From Dehalococcoidia bacterium (GTDB taxonomy: Bacteria; Chloroflexota; Dehalococcoidia; UBA2979), in NCBI GenBank assembly GCA_964291495.2, contig OZ219871.1:1120001-1184000 (forward strand): a stretch of 64,000 bases of DNA, given 5' to 3'. Shown here one piece after another: positions 30,042-40,157 of the stretch (the stretch's first letter is position 1; the number at the start of each line of letters is the position of its first letter). The position numbers and the translations under genes are program-made. The notes beneath the pieces were generated by a model. It did no database searches, was not told the DNA's origin, and worked only from the letters and a program-made list of their open reading frames with translations.

Positions 30042-31139
30042 CTAGTTCTGCCCGCCGCCGCCCGAGCCGCCGGAGCCGCCCTGGCCGCCGCCGCCGGACC
30101 CGCGCCTGCGCCTGCGACCGCCTCGACGCCCGCGACGGCGCCGGCGGGCGGGCTTCTGGCCCTCGCCCTCTGCGCGCTCGGGGCGCTGCTCCGCCGGCCG
30201 CTCGTCCCCGGCGGGACCGCCCGCCGGCGCGTCGACCGCCTCGAGGGTGGCGATCAGCCCCTCGCTGCGGCGTTGAGCCTGCCGCCGCACCGGCTCCTCG
30301 ACCTGGTCCTCGAGCTCCTCGGGGCGCACGGCGTTGCCGTACTGGCTCGACAGCTCCTCGGCGGTCATCTCGATCACTTCGCCGCCGTCGTCGAGGCGCA
30401 TCCGCACCTGGCCCTTGAGCGTGTTGTGGGCGATCACGCGCGCCCGGCCCACAGGGGTCGTGACGCGCTTGCCGACCTTCGGCAGCGTGCCGCGCAGGCG
30501 GCGGTACTCGTCCACCTCGTAGGAGAGGCAGCAGAGCAGGCGTCCGCAGACGCCCGAGATCTTCGTCGGGTTGGGGGGCAGGTCCTGCTCCTTGGCCATC
30601 CGCATCGAGATCGCGGGGAAGGTCGTCTGCCAGGTGCGGCAGCAGAGCGCGAGGCCGCACACGCCCACGTCGCCGAGCGCCTTCGCGCGGTCGCGGTCCC
30701 CGACCTGCCGCACGTCGACCTCGACGCCGAGCAGATCGCGGCACATGGAGGTGAACCAGCGGTGCTGGATGCGCTCCGGCGCGGAGAACGTGATGCGGCA
30801 GTGCGAGCCCGCGAGGTTGTAGGTCAGGCTCGCGACGCGCACCCGCGGGTCATTGCGCGTCGCGAGCTCCTGCGCGCGGCGTAAGTCCTCCAGCGCGCGC
30901 TCGCGGTTCTCCCGCCAGGCGTCCACGTCCTCGCCCGTGGCGAGGCGCTCGATGACGCGCAGTGGGCCCTCCGGCTCGGCGGCCAGCGTCTGGTCCGGCG
31001 TGACCACCACCCAGCCCAGCTGCTCGCCCTGCCCAAGGTTGACGACCACGTAGTCGCCCAGCGCCGGCTCGAGGTCGTCTGCGCTGCACCACGTCAGCGG
31101 CCCCGCCTCGGTGAAACGGATCCCGACAATGCCTTCCAT
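30042..31139 (-). CDS. ricT: PSP1-domain protein RicT/YaaT family
   Basis: IVGIRF, RQVGDRD.AK, GVCGLALCC, MAKEQDL, ISGVCGRLLCCLSYE; follows holB. Confidence 0.9.
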   Translation of the reverse strand: MEGIVGIRFTEAGPLTWCSADDLEPALGDYVVVNLGQGEQLGWVVVTPDQTLAAEPEGPLRVIERLATGEDVDAWRENRERALEDLRRAQELATRNDPRVRVASLTYNLAGSHCRITFSAPERIQHRWFTSMCRDLLGVEVDVRQVGDRDRAKALGDVGVCGLALCCRTWQTTFPAISMRMAKEQDLPPNPTKISGVCGRLLCCLSYEVDEYRRLRGTLPKVGKRVTTPVGRARVIAHNTLKGQVRMRLDDGGEVIEMTAEELSSQYGNAVRPEELEDQVEEPVRRQAQRRSEGLIATLEAVDAPAGGPAGDERPAEQRPERAEGEGQKPARRRRRGRRGGRRRRRGSGGGGQGGSGGSGGGGQN

Positions 31140-31190
31140 GTGGTCCCGGCGGTCGCGACGCGGGCCTCTGCCTCGCAGGCGAGGGCCTGC

Positions 31191-32300
31191 TCAGGCGGGC
31201 GGCGCGGCGGCCGGACGGGCCTCCTCTCGGCTTGACTCCGGTTCGTCGAACTGCAGCTGCGGGAGGTCCAGCATCAGCACCTCCAGCGCGAGCTGCGGGT
31301 TGGTGTTCTCGATCAGGTGGCGGCGCGTCCGCTCCGTGGCGCGCAGCGCCAGCACCGCCTCGCGAGGCGAGCACGCGGCCGGCGTGGCCTCGCTGCGGCC
31401 CTCGGCGTCCGCGACCGCCGCCAGCGTGTCGCGCCACCACCAGCGCCAGACATCGAGCGTCTCGAGGACCGCCTGCCGCTCGCGGCGCCACGAGCCGGCG
31501 AGCCGCCCGGCGTGGTCGAAGCGCTCGTTGCGCGACGCCGCGCAGAGCCTCCGCAGATCCTCGATCGCCGTCTCGCGCAGCTGGCGCTGCGCCGGATCGC
31601 GGTGCAGCCGCAGCGCGAGCCCGTAGCGCCCGCGGCCCTGCGCGGCCAGCTCGCGCGCCTCGTCCGCGCCGAGGCCTTCGATGTCCTCGGCGAGCGCCTC
31701 GGCGAGCGCGGCACGCGGCAGTGGCCGCAGCGTCAGCTCGCGGCAGCGCGAGCGGATCGTCGGCAGCAGCTCGTCCGGGTCGACGGCCAGCAGGATCAGC
31801 AGCGCGCTGCCCGGCGGCTCCTCGAGCGTCTTGAGCAGCGACTGCGCCGCCTCGGTCTGCAGGTCGTTGGCGGTGTCGATGATGAAGATGCGCCGCGAGG
31901 CGTGGAACGGCGCGAGATTGGCGAGCTTCGAAAGGCGCCGCGCCTGGCAGATCCGGATCCGCGTCGAGCCGTCCGCCACGTGGTCGCGGTGCCCCTCCTC
32001 GTCGCACGGTCCGCCGATCGTGATGCGCTCCACGTCGGGCGCCTCGCCGGCCTCGATGCGCGTGCAGGCGCGGCATTCGAGGCAGGGGTCGACGCCCGCG
32101 GCGTCGACCTCGTCGCGCTGCTCGCAGTGCAGGGCCTGCACGAGCCGCCGCGCCAGCGTCGCCTTGCCCACGCCGTCGGGGCCGCTGAACAGCCAGGCAT
32201 GGCCGAGGCGACCGGACGCGAGGGCGGCGCGCAGCTCGGCCACGGGCTGCTCCAGCCCTCGCACGCCCCAGCGCGCGTCGCCGCCGGCTTCGGCGCTCAC
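31191..32300 (-). CDS. holB: DNA polymerase III subunit delta-prime
   Basis: HAWLFSGPDGVGK, C..C..C Zn motif, LLKTLEEPP, LLPTIRSRC. Confidence 0.92.
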   Translation of the reverse strand: MSAEAGGDARWGVRGLEQPVAELRAALASGRLGHAWLFSGPDGVGKATLARRLVQALHCEQRDEVDAAGVDPCLECRACTRIEAGEAPDVERITIGGPCDEEGHRDHVADGSTRIRICQARRLSKLANLAPFHASRRIFIIDTANDLQTEAAQSLLKTLEEPPGSALLILLAVDPDELLPTIRSRCRELTLRPLPRAALAEALAEDIEGLGADEARELAAQGRGRYGLALRLHRDPAQRQLRETAIEDLRRLCAASRNERFDHAGRLAGSWRRERQAVLETLDVWRWWWRDTLAAVADAEGRSEATPAACSPREAVLALRATERTRRHLIENTNPQLALEVLMLDLPQLQFDEPESSREEARPAAAPPA

Positions 32301-33637
32301 GGGCCCACGTCCAGCGCCATCAGGTCCTCGAAGGTCTGGCGGCGGCGCAGCAGCCGCGCCCCGCCGTCAGCGACCAGCACGACCGCGGGCCGCAGTGCGA
32401 GGTTGTAGTTCGACTCCATCGCGACCTGGTAGGCGCCGGCGGCGGGCATCGCGACGACCTCGCCGGCGCGCAGCCGCGGCGTCTCGATGTCGCTCGCCAG
32501 CAGGTCGCCGGACTCGCAGTACTTGCCGGCGATCGTCACGGTCTCCTCGGCGGGCGCCGTCGGGCGCTCGGCGGAGATCAGCTCGTACTGCGAGCCGTAC
32601 ATCGCCGGGCGGATGTTGTCCGCCATGCCGCCGTCGACCGAGACGTAGGTGCGCACGCCCTCGATCTCCTTGCGCGCGCCGACGGTGTAGAGGGCGAGCC
32701 CGGCGCGCCCGACCAGCGAGCGGCCCGGCTCAATCACCAGCCGCGGCAGCGGCAGGCCGCGCGCGTCCGCCTCGCGCCGCACGGTCCCGCAGACCACGCG
32801 CGCGTAGGCGGCAGGCGGCGGCGGCTCCTGCTCGCCGTGGTAGCCGATGGCGAAGCCACCCCCGACCGACAGCTCGTCGAACTCCAGCCCGAGCCGGTCG
32901 CGGCAGACCTCTGCCTGGAAGGCCGCGACGACCTCGATGCCGCGCTCGTACGGCGTCAGCTCGAAGATCGGGCTGCCGAGGTGCATGTGCAGCCCGCGCA
33001 GGTCGAGGTGTTCCCTGGCGGCGATGCGGCGCACCGCCTCCTCGGCGTCGCCGGTGGCGATCGCCACGCCGAACTTGCTGTCGAGGATGCCGGTCGTCGT
33101 CTTCTCGTGCGTGTAGGCGTCGACGCCGGGCGAGACGCGCAACAGCACCGGCTGATGCACGCCCGCCCCGGCCGCCGCCGCCTCGACCAGCTCGATCTCG
33201 CCGAGGTTGTCGATGACGACGCGACCGACGCCCGCCTCGACGGCGGCGCGCAGCTCCTCGCGCGACTTGTTGTTGCCGTGCAGGTAGATCGTGGAGGGGT
33301 CGACGCCGGCCGCGAGCATCACCGCCAGCTCTCCGCCGGAGACGGCGTCGAAGCCGTAGCCCTCGGCCGCGATCAGGCGGGCGAAGGGGCGGTTGAGGAA
33401 CGCCTTGGCGGCGTAGAGGGCCGTCGTCTCCTCGTGCTCGGCGCGGAACGCCTCGAGGAACCCGCGCGCCTGCCGCTGCAGCGTCGCGAGGTCGTAGACG
33501 TAGAGCGGGGTGCCGTACTCGCGCGCGAGCGCGGGCAGGTCGCAGCCGCCGACGGAGAGCGCGCCGGACTGGCCGAGGTCGGCGGTGACGGGCAAGAGAT
33601 GCGCCAGCGGCAGTGATGCCGTCGCGGAGGTAGCCAC
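32297..33637 (-). CDS. lysA: Diaminopimelate decarboxylase
   Basis: YGTPLYVYD, YAAKAF, HGNNKS, SKFG, HLGS, EPGRS, GKYCESGD; start GTG 33637 (or 33730). Confidence 0.95.
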   Translation of the reverse strand: MATSATASLPLAHLLPVTADLGQSGALSVGGCDLPALAREYGTPLYVYDLATLQRQARGFLEAFRAEHEETTALYAAKAFLNRPFARLIAAEGYGFDAVSGGELAVMLAAGVDPSTIYLHGNNKSREELRAAVEAGVGRVVIDNLGEIELVEAAAAGAGVHQPVLLRVSPGVDAYTHEKTTTGILDSKFGVAIATGDAEEAVRRIAAREHLDLRGLHMHLGSPIFELTPYERGIEVVAAFQAEVCRDRLGLEFDELSVGGGFAIGYHGEQEPPPPAAYARVVCGTVRREADARGLPLPRLVIEPGRSLVGRAGLALYTVGARKEIEGVRTYVSVDGGMADNIRPAMYGSQYELISAERPTAPAEETVTIAGKYCESGDLLASDIETPRLRAGEVVAMPAAGAYQVAMESNYNLALRPAVVLVADGGARLLRRRQTFEDLMALDVGP

Positions 33638-33846
33638 AGTGATCCCGCGTTCCCGCGGTGTCGTCGTATTCGGCCTCGCGGGCGGCGCTCCGGCCGGAGC
33701 CCGGGGAGCGCGCGCGAGGTTGGACGTCACACGTCGTTGTTCTGGCGGATTATCGCACGCCCGCCGCCGGACCGCACGGCGGGCTGGCCTTGTCTGCGGG
33801 CCTCGCGCAAGTCGCGCGGGGGTTCGTCACGGTCCACGCCTCCGGG

Positions 33847-35034
33847 TTAGTCCTCGATGTCAGCGTCCTGGAAGAGTGCGACGTAGGGATCGTAGATGAA
33901 CAAGCGGTTGCGCTTGCGGCCGGTGATCTCTGCCAACAGACCGAGATCAGCAAAGGCCCGCACCAGCGAGTTCGCCCGGGAGTGACTCAACCCCGCGCGC
34001 CGCTCCGCATCGCGGATGTCGACGAACGGAGCCGGGTAGAGCGACTCGAGCAAGCGTAGTCCGTTGTCCGCGCGCCGCCCGAGCGACCCAGCAACGAGTT
34101 CGCGGTGCTCCTCGCGTAGCGTGATCAGCCGGCGCGCCGTCTCGGTGGCTTCCGCCGCCACGATGCGCACGCCCTCGAGGAAGAATCGCAGCCAGCCCTC
34201 CCAGTCACCCCTGTCCCGCACCGCCTGCAGACGATCGTAGTACTCGGAACGATGGCGCCGCAGGTAGTGAGAGAGGTAGAGCAGCGGTCGCTTCAGGATG
34301 CCTGTCTCGCAGAGCAGGAACGTGATCAAGAGACGCCCAACACGTCCGTTCCCGTCGAGGAACGGGTGAATCGTCTCGAACTGCGCATGGACGAGCGCGA
34401 CCTTGATCAGCACAGGCAGGTCGCTCCCGTCGTGGATGAACGCCTCGAGTGCGCCGAGCGCATCGCGCATCTCCGCAGGCGGCGCCGGGACGAACGAGGC
34501 CGACGTCAGGGTGCTGCCCGGCGCGCCGATCCAGTTCTGCGAGGTGCGGAACTCACCGGGGTTACGCTCCGCGCCGCGCACACCGTCCAGCAGTACGCCA
34601 TGGATCTCGCGGATCAGCCGCAGCGAGACGGGCAACGATGCGAGACGCTCCAGCCCGTGATTCATTGCCGTCACGTAGTTGGCGACCTCGGCGGAGTCGT
34701 CCGGTGTCCGGGCCCGCGCCCGCTCCGACTCGAACTCAAGAAGATCAACGAGCGAGGCCTGCGTGCCTTCGATCTGACTCGACAAGACTGCCTCTCGCCG
34801 GACGTACATGTAGACGAACAGGTCCGGGTCGGGCAGCAGCTCCGAGGCGCCATCGAGCCGCCCTAACGCACGATCCGCTTCCGAGAGCAGCCGCACCAAC
34901 TCGGAATCGAGATTCGGGGGAGGGATGGGCGGAAGCGGCGCGGGAATGAACGCGCGGTAGCCAGCCGGGACGCGCACGTAACGCCCGGCGCGCGGCTCCG
35001 CTGGTGTCGCTTCCGGAACCTTCTCGTCAGCCAT
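33847..35034 (-). CDS. Fic family protein with N-terminal inhibitory helix and C-terminal HTH (class II)
   Basis: EAVLSSQIEGT (S-x3-E-G), FETIHPFLDGNGRVGRL, EITGRKRNRLF. Confidence 0.93.
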   Translation of the reverse strand: MADEKVPEATPAEPRAGRYVRVPAGYRAFIPAPLPPIPPPNLDSELVRLLSEADRALGRLDGASELLPDPDLFVYMYVRREAVLSSQIEGTQASLVDLLEFESERARARTPDDSAEVANYVTAMNHGLERLASLPVSLRLIREIHGVLLDGVRGAERNPGEFRTSQNWIGAPGSTLTSASFVPAPPAEMRDALGALEAFIHDGSDLPVLIKVALVHAQFETIHPFLDGNGRVGRLLITFLLCETGILKRPLLYLSHYLRRHRSEYYDRLQAVRDRGDWEGWLRFFLEGVRIVAAEATETARRLITLREEHRELVAGSLGRRADNGLRLLESLYPAPFVDIRDAERRAGLSHSRANSLVRAFADLGLLAEITGRKRNRLFIYDPYVALFQDADIED

Positions 35035-35068
35035 CTACGTACTATTATCACTTTACCTAGTTAATCGG

Positions 35069-35208
35069 CAATAGCGAGCCCCCAGCGGATGCCATTATGC
35101 TCGCTTCTGGCACTAAACGGTCCGTTCCCTTCGCTTTCTGTCGATTTCTCTACCGAAACGACAATAGCGAGTCAATCTTGGGCCTCTTACTGCCGCTTCC
35201 GGCACTAA
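35069..35208. repeat. Imperfect bipartite direct repeat upstream of the Fic gene
   Basis: CAATAGCGAG-N22/23-CGCTTCYGGCACTAA at 35069-35116 and 35162-35208. Confidence 0.7.
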
Positions 35209-35265
35209 CTCACCATGCGCGGGCGCGCTACCGTCGCTTTGCCCCAGGGAGAGACAATACCGCCC

Positions 35266-35691
35266 GTGGACGAGTGCGAGCCGACTGCCGAGCAGCGCGA
35301 GATCGACGCCCTCCTCGCGCGTTACGAGCGCGAGCTCGAGTACTTCGTCCTGACGCGCGACCGGCTGCTGCCGCTGATGCGCCAGCTCCTCGACGCGTTG
35401 CGGGACTGGGCGCGCAGCGGCGAGGACGCCGACGGACGGGCGGCCATGCTGCGCCGCGAGTACATCACGGAGCTCAACACGCTCGGCGGGCAAATCGACG
35501 ACTGGGTGCGCATTCGCGGCTCCGGGCTGCGCGTCTCCTCGCTCGCGGGCGGGATGTCCGACGAGCAGATCGAGCTTTTCAGCGCGCTGCAGTCGCGCGA
35601 GGTCGCCGAGGCCGTGGGTCGCGAGGAGTTCGACGCCGCGCAGGCCGAGCTGCGCGAGCTGCTGCTGATCTTCGAGGAGTTCGCCGGGTAG
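35266..35691 (+). CDS. Hypothetical helical protein
   Basis: Host-like codon usage; GACAAT 7 nt before GTG 35266; ORF track extends to 35215. Confidence 0.72.
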   Translation: MDECEPTAEQREIDALLARYERELEYFVLTRDRLLPLMRQLLDALRDWARSGEDADGRAAMLRREYITELNTLGGQIDDWVRIRGSGLRVSSLAGGMSDEQIELFSALQSREVAEAVGREEFDAAQAELRELLLIFEEFAG

Positions 35692-35694
35692 CGC

Positions 35695-37026
35695 TCAGAG
35701 CCGCCGCAGCGCCGAGGCGGGCGGCCTCGGGCGCGTCGCGAAGATGAAGCAGAGCGAGCCGAGCCCGGCCGCCACCGCCAGCAGCAGGAAGGCCGGCGTG
35801 TACGTCCCCTGCGCGTCGTAGATGACGCCGGCGATCAGCGGCCCGATCATCATCCCCGTCATCACGATCAGCGAGGAGAAACCCTGGATCTGCCCGTAGG
35901 AGCCCGGACCGAAGTAGTCCGCGCGCAGCGCCGAGGTGAGCGGCCCGCGCGCCCCCCAGGCCGTGCCCTGCACCGCGACGCCGACGGTCAACAGCCAGAA
36001 CGACGGGCTCCAGGCCAGCAGCAGCATCGCCGTCATGTGCCCGAACATCGCCGAGACGATGATGATGCGCTTGTTCATGCGGTCGCCGAACACCGCGCCG
36101 ATCAGCATGCCCACCACCAGCATCGCGGTGAGCAGCGCGATCAGCCGCGCCGCCGTCGCCGAGGACTCGCCGAAATCCCCGGTCACGTAGACGAAGAGAT
36201 GCACCGAGACGGCGCCGACCGTCACCAGCCCCGAGGCGTGCCCGAGCGAGAGCAGCCAGAACGCGCGCGTTCGCATCGCCTCGCGCACGGTGAAGCTCGT
36301 CTCCGGCATGGCTGCGGCAGCGGCCGCCGCAGCGGCGGGCGGGAGCCCGTCGGGTGTTCGCCCGTGGTCTCCGGGACGGGTCCGCACGAGGCTCGCGAGC
36401 GGCAGGCCGATCGCCAGCACGAGACCGCCCGAGACGAGCGCCGTGGTCCGCCAGCCCCAGCCCTCGAGCGCCAGGACCACCACCGGCGTTACGAGCCCGC
36501 CTGCCGCCACGCCCGTCGACATCACGCCCAGCGCCAGCGCGCGCCGGCGCTGGAACCAGTTCACCACCGCGACCGAGACGCTCAGCATCGAGGAGAGGCT
36601 GGCGCCGATCGCGATCAGCGCGAACGCCAGGTAGAACCCCAGCAGCGAGTCGATGAGGCTGAATGCGGCGAGGGCCAGCGCGAAGAGCACGACGCCGATT
36701 AGCATGATCAGCCGCGGACCGAAGCGATCGACCGCCCAGCCGTGGACCGGCCCGAGGACGCCCGTCTCCACGCGCTGCAGGGCGAAGGCGAGCGAGAGCT
36801 CCGCGCGGCTCCAGCCGAACTCCTCCTCGAGCACCTTCACGTAGGCCCCGAAGGCGTGGAACAGCAGTCCGCCGCCCACCACCATCAGGCCCCAGCCGGC
36901 GAAGACGATCCACCAGCCGTAGAAGATGCGCTCGCGGACGAATCGAGGCGTCCCGGGCGGCGGCGCGGAGGCGTCTCCCGATGCGCCGTTCCCTCCGGCG
37001 TCCGCTACCTCGACGACCTTCGCCAC
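35695..37026 (-). CDS. MFS transporter (OFA/MCT-like)
   Basis: FYGWWIV, EFGWSR, GWAVDRFGPR, WFQRRRALA, ADYFG. Confidence 0.92.
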   Translation of the reverse strand: MAKVVEVADAGGNGASGDASAPPPGTPRFVRERIFYGWWIVFAGWGLMVVGGGLLFHAFGAYVKVLEEEFGWSRAELSLAFALQRVETGVLGPVHGWAVDRFGPRLIMLIGVVLFALALAAFSLIDSLLGFYLAFALIAIGASLSSMLSVSVAVVNWFQRRRALALGVMSTGVAAGGLVTPVVVLALEGWGWRTTALVSGGLVLAIGLPLASLVRTRPGDHGRTPDGLPPAAAAAAAAAMPETSFTVREAMRTRAFWLLSLGHASGLVTVGAVSVHLFVYVTGDFGESSATAARLIALLTAMLVVGMLIGAVFGDRMNKRIIIVSAMFGHMTAMLLLAWSPSFWLLTVGVAVQGTAWGARGPLTSALRADYFGPGSYGQIQGFSSLIVMTGMMIGPLIAGVIYDAQGTYTPAFLLLAVAAGLGSLCFIFATRPRPPASALRRL

Positions 37027-37143
37027 CCGTGAAGACTCCTCGCCCTGTTCCGGTCGCTCCGGTCCGGCTTCGCGCCCCGGCTGCGTTGATGCGGCCCCGC
37101 CATCATAGGCAGGCGGCGCTACGCACCCGGCGGCGCGCTCCGG

Positions 37144-37557
37144 CTACCGCGCCTCCGCCCCGCCCTCGAGCGCGTCGAGGCGCCGCAGCAGCACGGACGC
37201 GCCGGCCACGTGCGCGCCCAGCGCCTCGACCTCGCGGCGCAGCGCGGCGTCCGAGGTGACGACGGTCAGGGTGGCCGGGTCCGGGTCCTCCGCTACCAGC
37301 TCGGCGATGCGTTCGTCGGCGGCGTTCCTGCCGCCGCGCCGCGCGTAGAGCACGCGCAGCGGCTCGCCCTCGGCACGCTCCGGCGGGCCTCCACGGCCGG
37401 GCCGTCCGTCGAAGACGACGGTCAGCTCGTCGCCGCTCGCCCCGGCGAGCGCCTCGAGGCGTCTCGCGATCCGCCGCGCGGCGGCGGCGCGATCGCGCCA
37501 CCAGCCGTCCGGCCGGGATCCGATCACGTTCATGCCATCGACGATCAGCCGCGCCAC
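37144..37557 (-). CDS. NYN/YacP-like PIN-fold ribonuclease
   Basis: LIVDGMNV, VVFDG, ADERI, VVTSD; GTG after CAGGAG. Confidence 0.85.
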   Translation of the reverse strand: MARLIVDGMNVIGSRPDGWWRDRAAAARRIARRLEALAGASGDELTVVFDGRPGRGGPPERAEGEPLRVLYARRGGRNAADERIAELVAEDPDPATLTVVTSDAALRREVEALGAHVAGASVLLRRLDALEGGAEAR

Positions 37558-37628
37558 GATTCGCTCCTGTGTCGTGCCCCGGCGCCAGGCCATCCTCGCA
37601 CGATGCGGCATGCGATCGTGAGGGCGAT

Positions 37629-37669
37629 CCGGTCCCCTCTCCCCGCGGGAGAGGGCGGAGGGTGAGGGA
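37629..37669. repeat. REP-like hairpin
   Basis: CCGGTCCCCTCTCCCCGCGGGAGAGGGCGGAGGGTGAGGG, same family as the 4586-5040 copies. Confidence 0.85.
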
Positions 37670-37740
37670 GAGCGGGCGCAGCCCGCCAGCCCCGCCGGGC
37701 ACGGCGCGATCGTGAGGGCGGCAGCGGCTACCCTCGCACC

Positions 37741-38949
37741 GTGACCACGACGCCCGGTCCTCCCGACGAGCCGATCGAATCGACGATCGCGACGACGCCG
37801 CGCGCGGCCGAGCCGCCGCCGCTGTTCACGCGCGGGCTATTGCTGCTCTGCACCGCCGTCTTCTTCCAGATGTTCAGCTTCCAGATGCTCCTCCCCGTGA
37901 TGCCGCTCTACCTGCTCGACATCGGCGGCAGCGAGGGGCAGGTGGGTCTGATCCTCGGCGTCACCGCCGGGACGGCGTTGCTGTTCCGCCCGCTGACGGG
38001 CTGGGTCGCCGACCGCTACGGGCGCAAACCGCTGCTGGTTGCCGGGAACGCCGACTTCGCGCTCTCGATGGCGCTCTACCCGTTCGCGCGCGCCGTCGCG
38101 CCGCTGCTCGGCGTGCGCTCCCTGCAAGGCGCCGGGCTCTCCGCCGTCAGCACGGCCGGCAGCACGATGGTCGCCGACCTCGCGCCCCCGCTGCGCCGCG
38201 CCGAGGCGATGGGCGTCTACGGCGTCGCCGTGAACGTCTCGAGCGCGATCGGGCCGCTGCTCGGCGCCACGATCGCGATCGGGGCCGGCTTCAACAGGGC
38301 CTTCCTCGTCGCCGGGGTGTTCGCGGTCATCGGCCTCGTCCTCACCTCGCGACTGCCGGAACCGCCGCGCCCCGCGGCTCCCGAGGGCGGGACGCGCTTC
38401 ACGCTGGTCAGCCGCGACGCGCTGTTCCCGGCCTCGATCGCGCTCTGCCTCTTCCCGCCGATCGGCGTCGTGCTCTCCTACGTCGCCGTCTTCGCGGACG
38501 CCGAGGGGCTAGGCAACCCCGGCCTCTTCTTCCTGCCCTACTCGCTGACGCTGATCGTGGTGCGCGTGCTCGCCGGAAGACTCTCCGACCGCTACGGGCG
38601 CCTGACCGTGCTGCTGCCGGCGATCATGGCGTTCATCGCCGCGCTGGTCGTGATCGCCTCGGCGAACCACGTGCTGGTGTTGCTGCTCGGTGCGCTGCTG
38701 CTCGGTCTGGGCTTCGGCATCGCGCACCCCACGATCCTGGCGATGGCGGTCGACCGCGCCCCGCCGGGCCGCCAGGGCGCCTCGATGAGCACGCTGATCG
38801 GCTCCTTCGACCTCGGCATCGGCGGCGGCTCCGCGCTCGCCGGGCTGGCCGTCGCCTTCGTGGGTCTGCGCGGCGTCTTCGTGCTCGCGGTGATTACCCC
38901 ACTGATCGCGGCACTCGTGCTCGCCGTGGTGCTGCGCCGCAACCGCTGA
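37741..38949 (+). CDS. MFS transporter
   Basis: GWVADRYGRK, GRLSDRYGR, about 12 TM. Confidence 0.92.
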   Translation: MTTTPGPPDEPIESTIATTPRAAEPPPLFTRGLLLLCTAVFFQMFSFQMLLPVMPLYLLDIGGSEGQVGLILGVTAGTALLFRPLTGWVADRYGRKPLLVAGNADFALSMALYPFARAVAPLLGVRSLQGAGLSAVSTAGSTMVADLAPPLRRAEAMGVYGVAVNVSSAIGPLLGATIAIGAGFNRAFLVAGVFAVIGLVLTSRLPEPPRPAAPEGGTRFTLVSRDALFPASIALCLFPPIGVVLSYVAVFADAEGLGNPGLFFLPYSLTLIVVRVLAGRLSDRYGRLTVLLPAIMAFIAALVVIASANHVLVLLLGALLLGLGFGIAHPTILAMAVDRAPPGRQGASMSTLIGSFDLGIGGGSALAGLAVAFVGLRGVFVLAVITPLIAALVLAVVLRRNR

Positions 38950-38967
38950 GGGCCCTGCGCCTCGCGC

Positions 38968-40023
38968 TCACGCCGCCGGGGCAGCCTCCGCACAGGTCGG
39001 GATCTGCTGCAACTCCGCGACGATTTCGCGCACCTGCGCCTCCTCGTCCGGGTTTCGCGGCTCCACCTCGAGGTTCACGGCCGTCGCGAGGCCGGCGTAC
39101 TTCTCGCGCATCTCCGCGGCGATCTCGTCCCAGCCGCCGATCGCGCAGAACTCCTCCAGCATCTCGTCGCTCACGCGGCTCGGCATCACGTCCCAGCGCC
39201 CTTCGATCGAGAGCCGCCGCAGCTCGGCGGCCGTCTCCTCCAGGCCATGCAGCGCGAGGATGCCCGCGTACGATCCCGTCGAGGAGTAGAACGCGATGCG
39301 ACGCCGCGCGACCTCGCGGGACTCCGCAAGCTCCTCCTCGTCGCGGCCCGTCACGATGAAGCCGCCCGAGCGCACCATCAGCTCGCCGGGGTCTCGCCCA
39401 GCCGCACGCGCGCCCTCGAAGACGCGTGGCAGCACCACCTCGCGCTGATGGCGGAAGCTGCTCAGGGGGTGGATGGCGATGCCGTCGCAGAGCTCGCCGG
39501 CGAGGCGCGTGTTGTAGGGGTTCACGGCCGAGATCACGACGCTGACGTCGGGGTGCTCGATCGGGCCGGGGTCGAAATCGGGGTTGGTCAGGGTGTAGCG
39601 GTAGTACTCGCCCTCGAAGTCCGGCTGGGCGCCGGTCTGCCAGCAGTGCCAGATGGCGCGGATGCAGCGGATGTAGTCGCGCAGCCGCGGGCCGGGCGGC
39701 CCCCAGGGCACGGAGAAGCGGCGCTCGTTGTGCCCCTTCACCTGCGTACCCAGCCCGAGCACGAAGCGCCCGCCCGAGTAGCGCGCGAGATCCCACGCCA
39801 GGTTCGCCGTGATGTAGGGCGCGCGCGGGAAGGCGATCGCGACGGAGGTCGTGAAGCGCACCCGCTCCGTGTGCTCCGCCACCAGCGTGAGCGGCAGGAA
39901 CGGATCGTGCTTCGACTCCGGGGTGGCGATCAGGTCGTACCCGAGGTCCTCGAGGGCGCGCGCCTTCGCGGGCACGTCCTTCAGGTCCACATTGCGGAGC
40001 GCGTGCCAGACCATCATGCCCAT
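38968..40023 (-). CDS. F420-dependent LLM class oxidoreductase (TIGR03617-like)
   Basis: ESKHDPFLPL, AIAFPRAP, GRFVLGLGTQVKGHNERRFSVPW. Confidence 0.9.
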   Translation of the reverse strand: MGMMVWHALRNVDLKDVPAKARALEDLGYDLIATPESKHDPFLPLTLVAEHTERVRFTTSVAIAFPRAPYITANLAWDLARYSGGRFVLGLGTQVKGHNERRFSVPWGPPGPRLRDYIRCIRAIWHCWQTGAQPDFEGEYYRYTLTNPDFDPGPIEHPDVSVVISAVNPYNTRLAGELCDGIAIHPLSSFRHQREVVLPRVFEGARAAGRDPGELMVRSGGFIVTGRDEEELAESREVARRRIAFYSSTGSYAGILALHGLEETAAELRRLSIEGRWDVMPSRVSDEMLEEFCAIGGWDEIAAEMREKYAGLATAVNLEVEPRNPDEEAQVREIVAELQQIPTCAEAAPAA

Positions 40024-40102
40024 CGGATCACCGCCATCCTCGAAGCAGGCTATTGCGCGCGAATTGTAGCGCCGGGCTGCGCGCAGCCGGACGCGGGCGC
40101 AA

Positions 40103-40131
40103 TTGACGGCCGCGGGCGCGGGGGCTTCAAT
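40103..40131 (+). promoter_or_regulatory. Sigma70-type promoter of tRNA-Thr(CGT)
   Basis: TTGACG-N17-TTCAAT, 26 nt upstream of the tRNA. Confidence 0.55.
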
Positions 40132-40157
40132 GATTCACGGGCAGTGCGCCCGCCAGA

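Noticed and set aside
33640-33845. Lysine riboswitch upstream of lysA (and purine riboswitch upstream of the NCS2 gene)
   Set aside because: No recognisable consensus elements by eye; an Rfam scan would be needed to exclude fully
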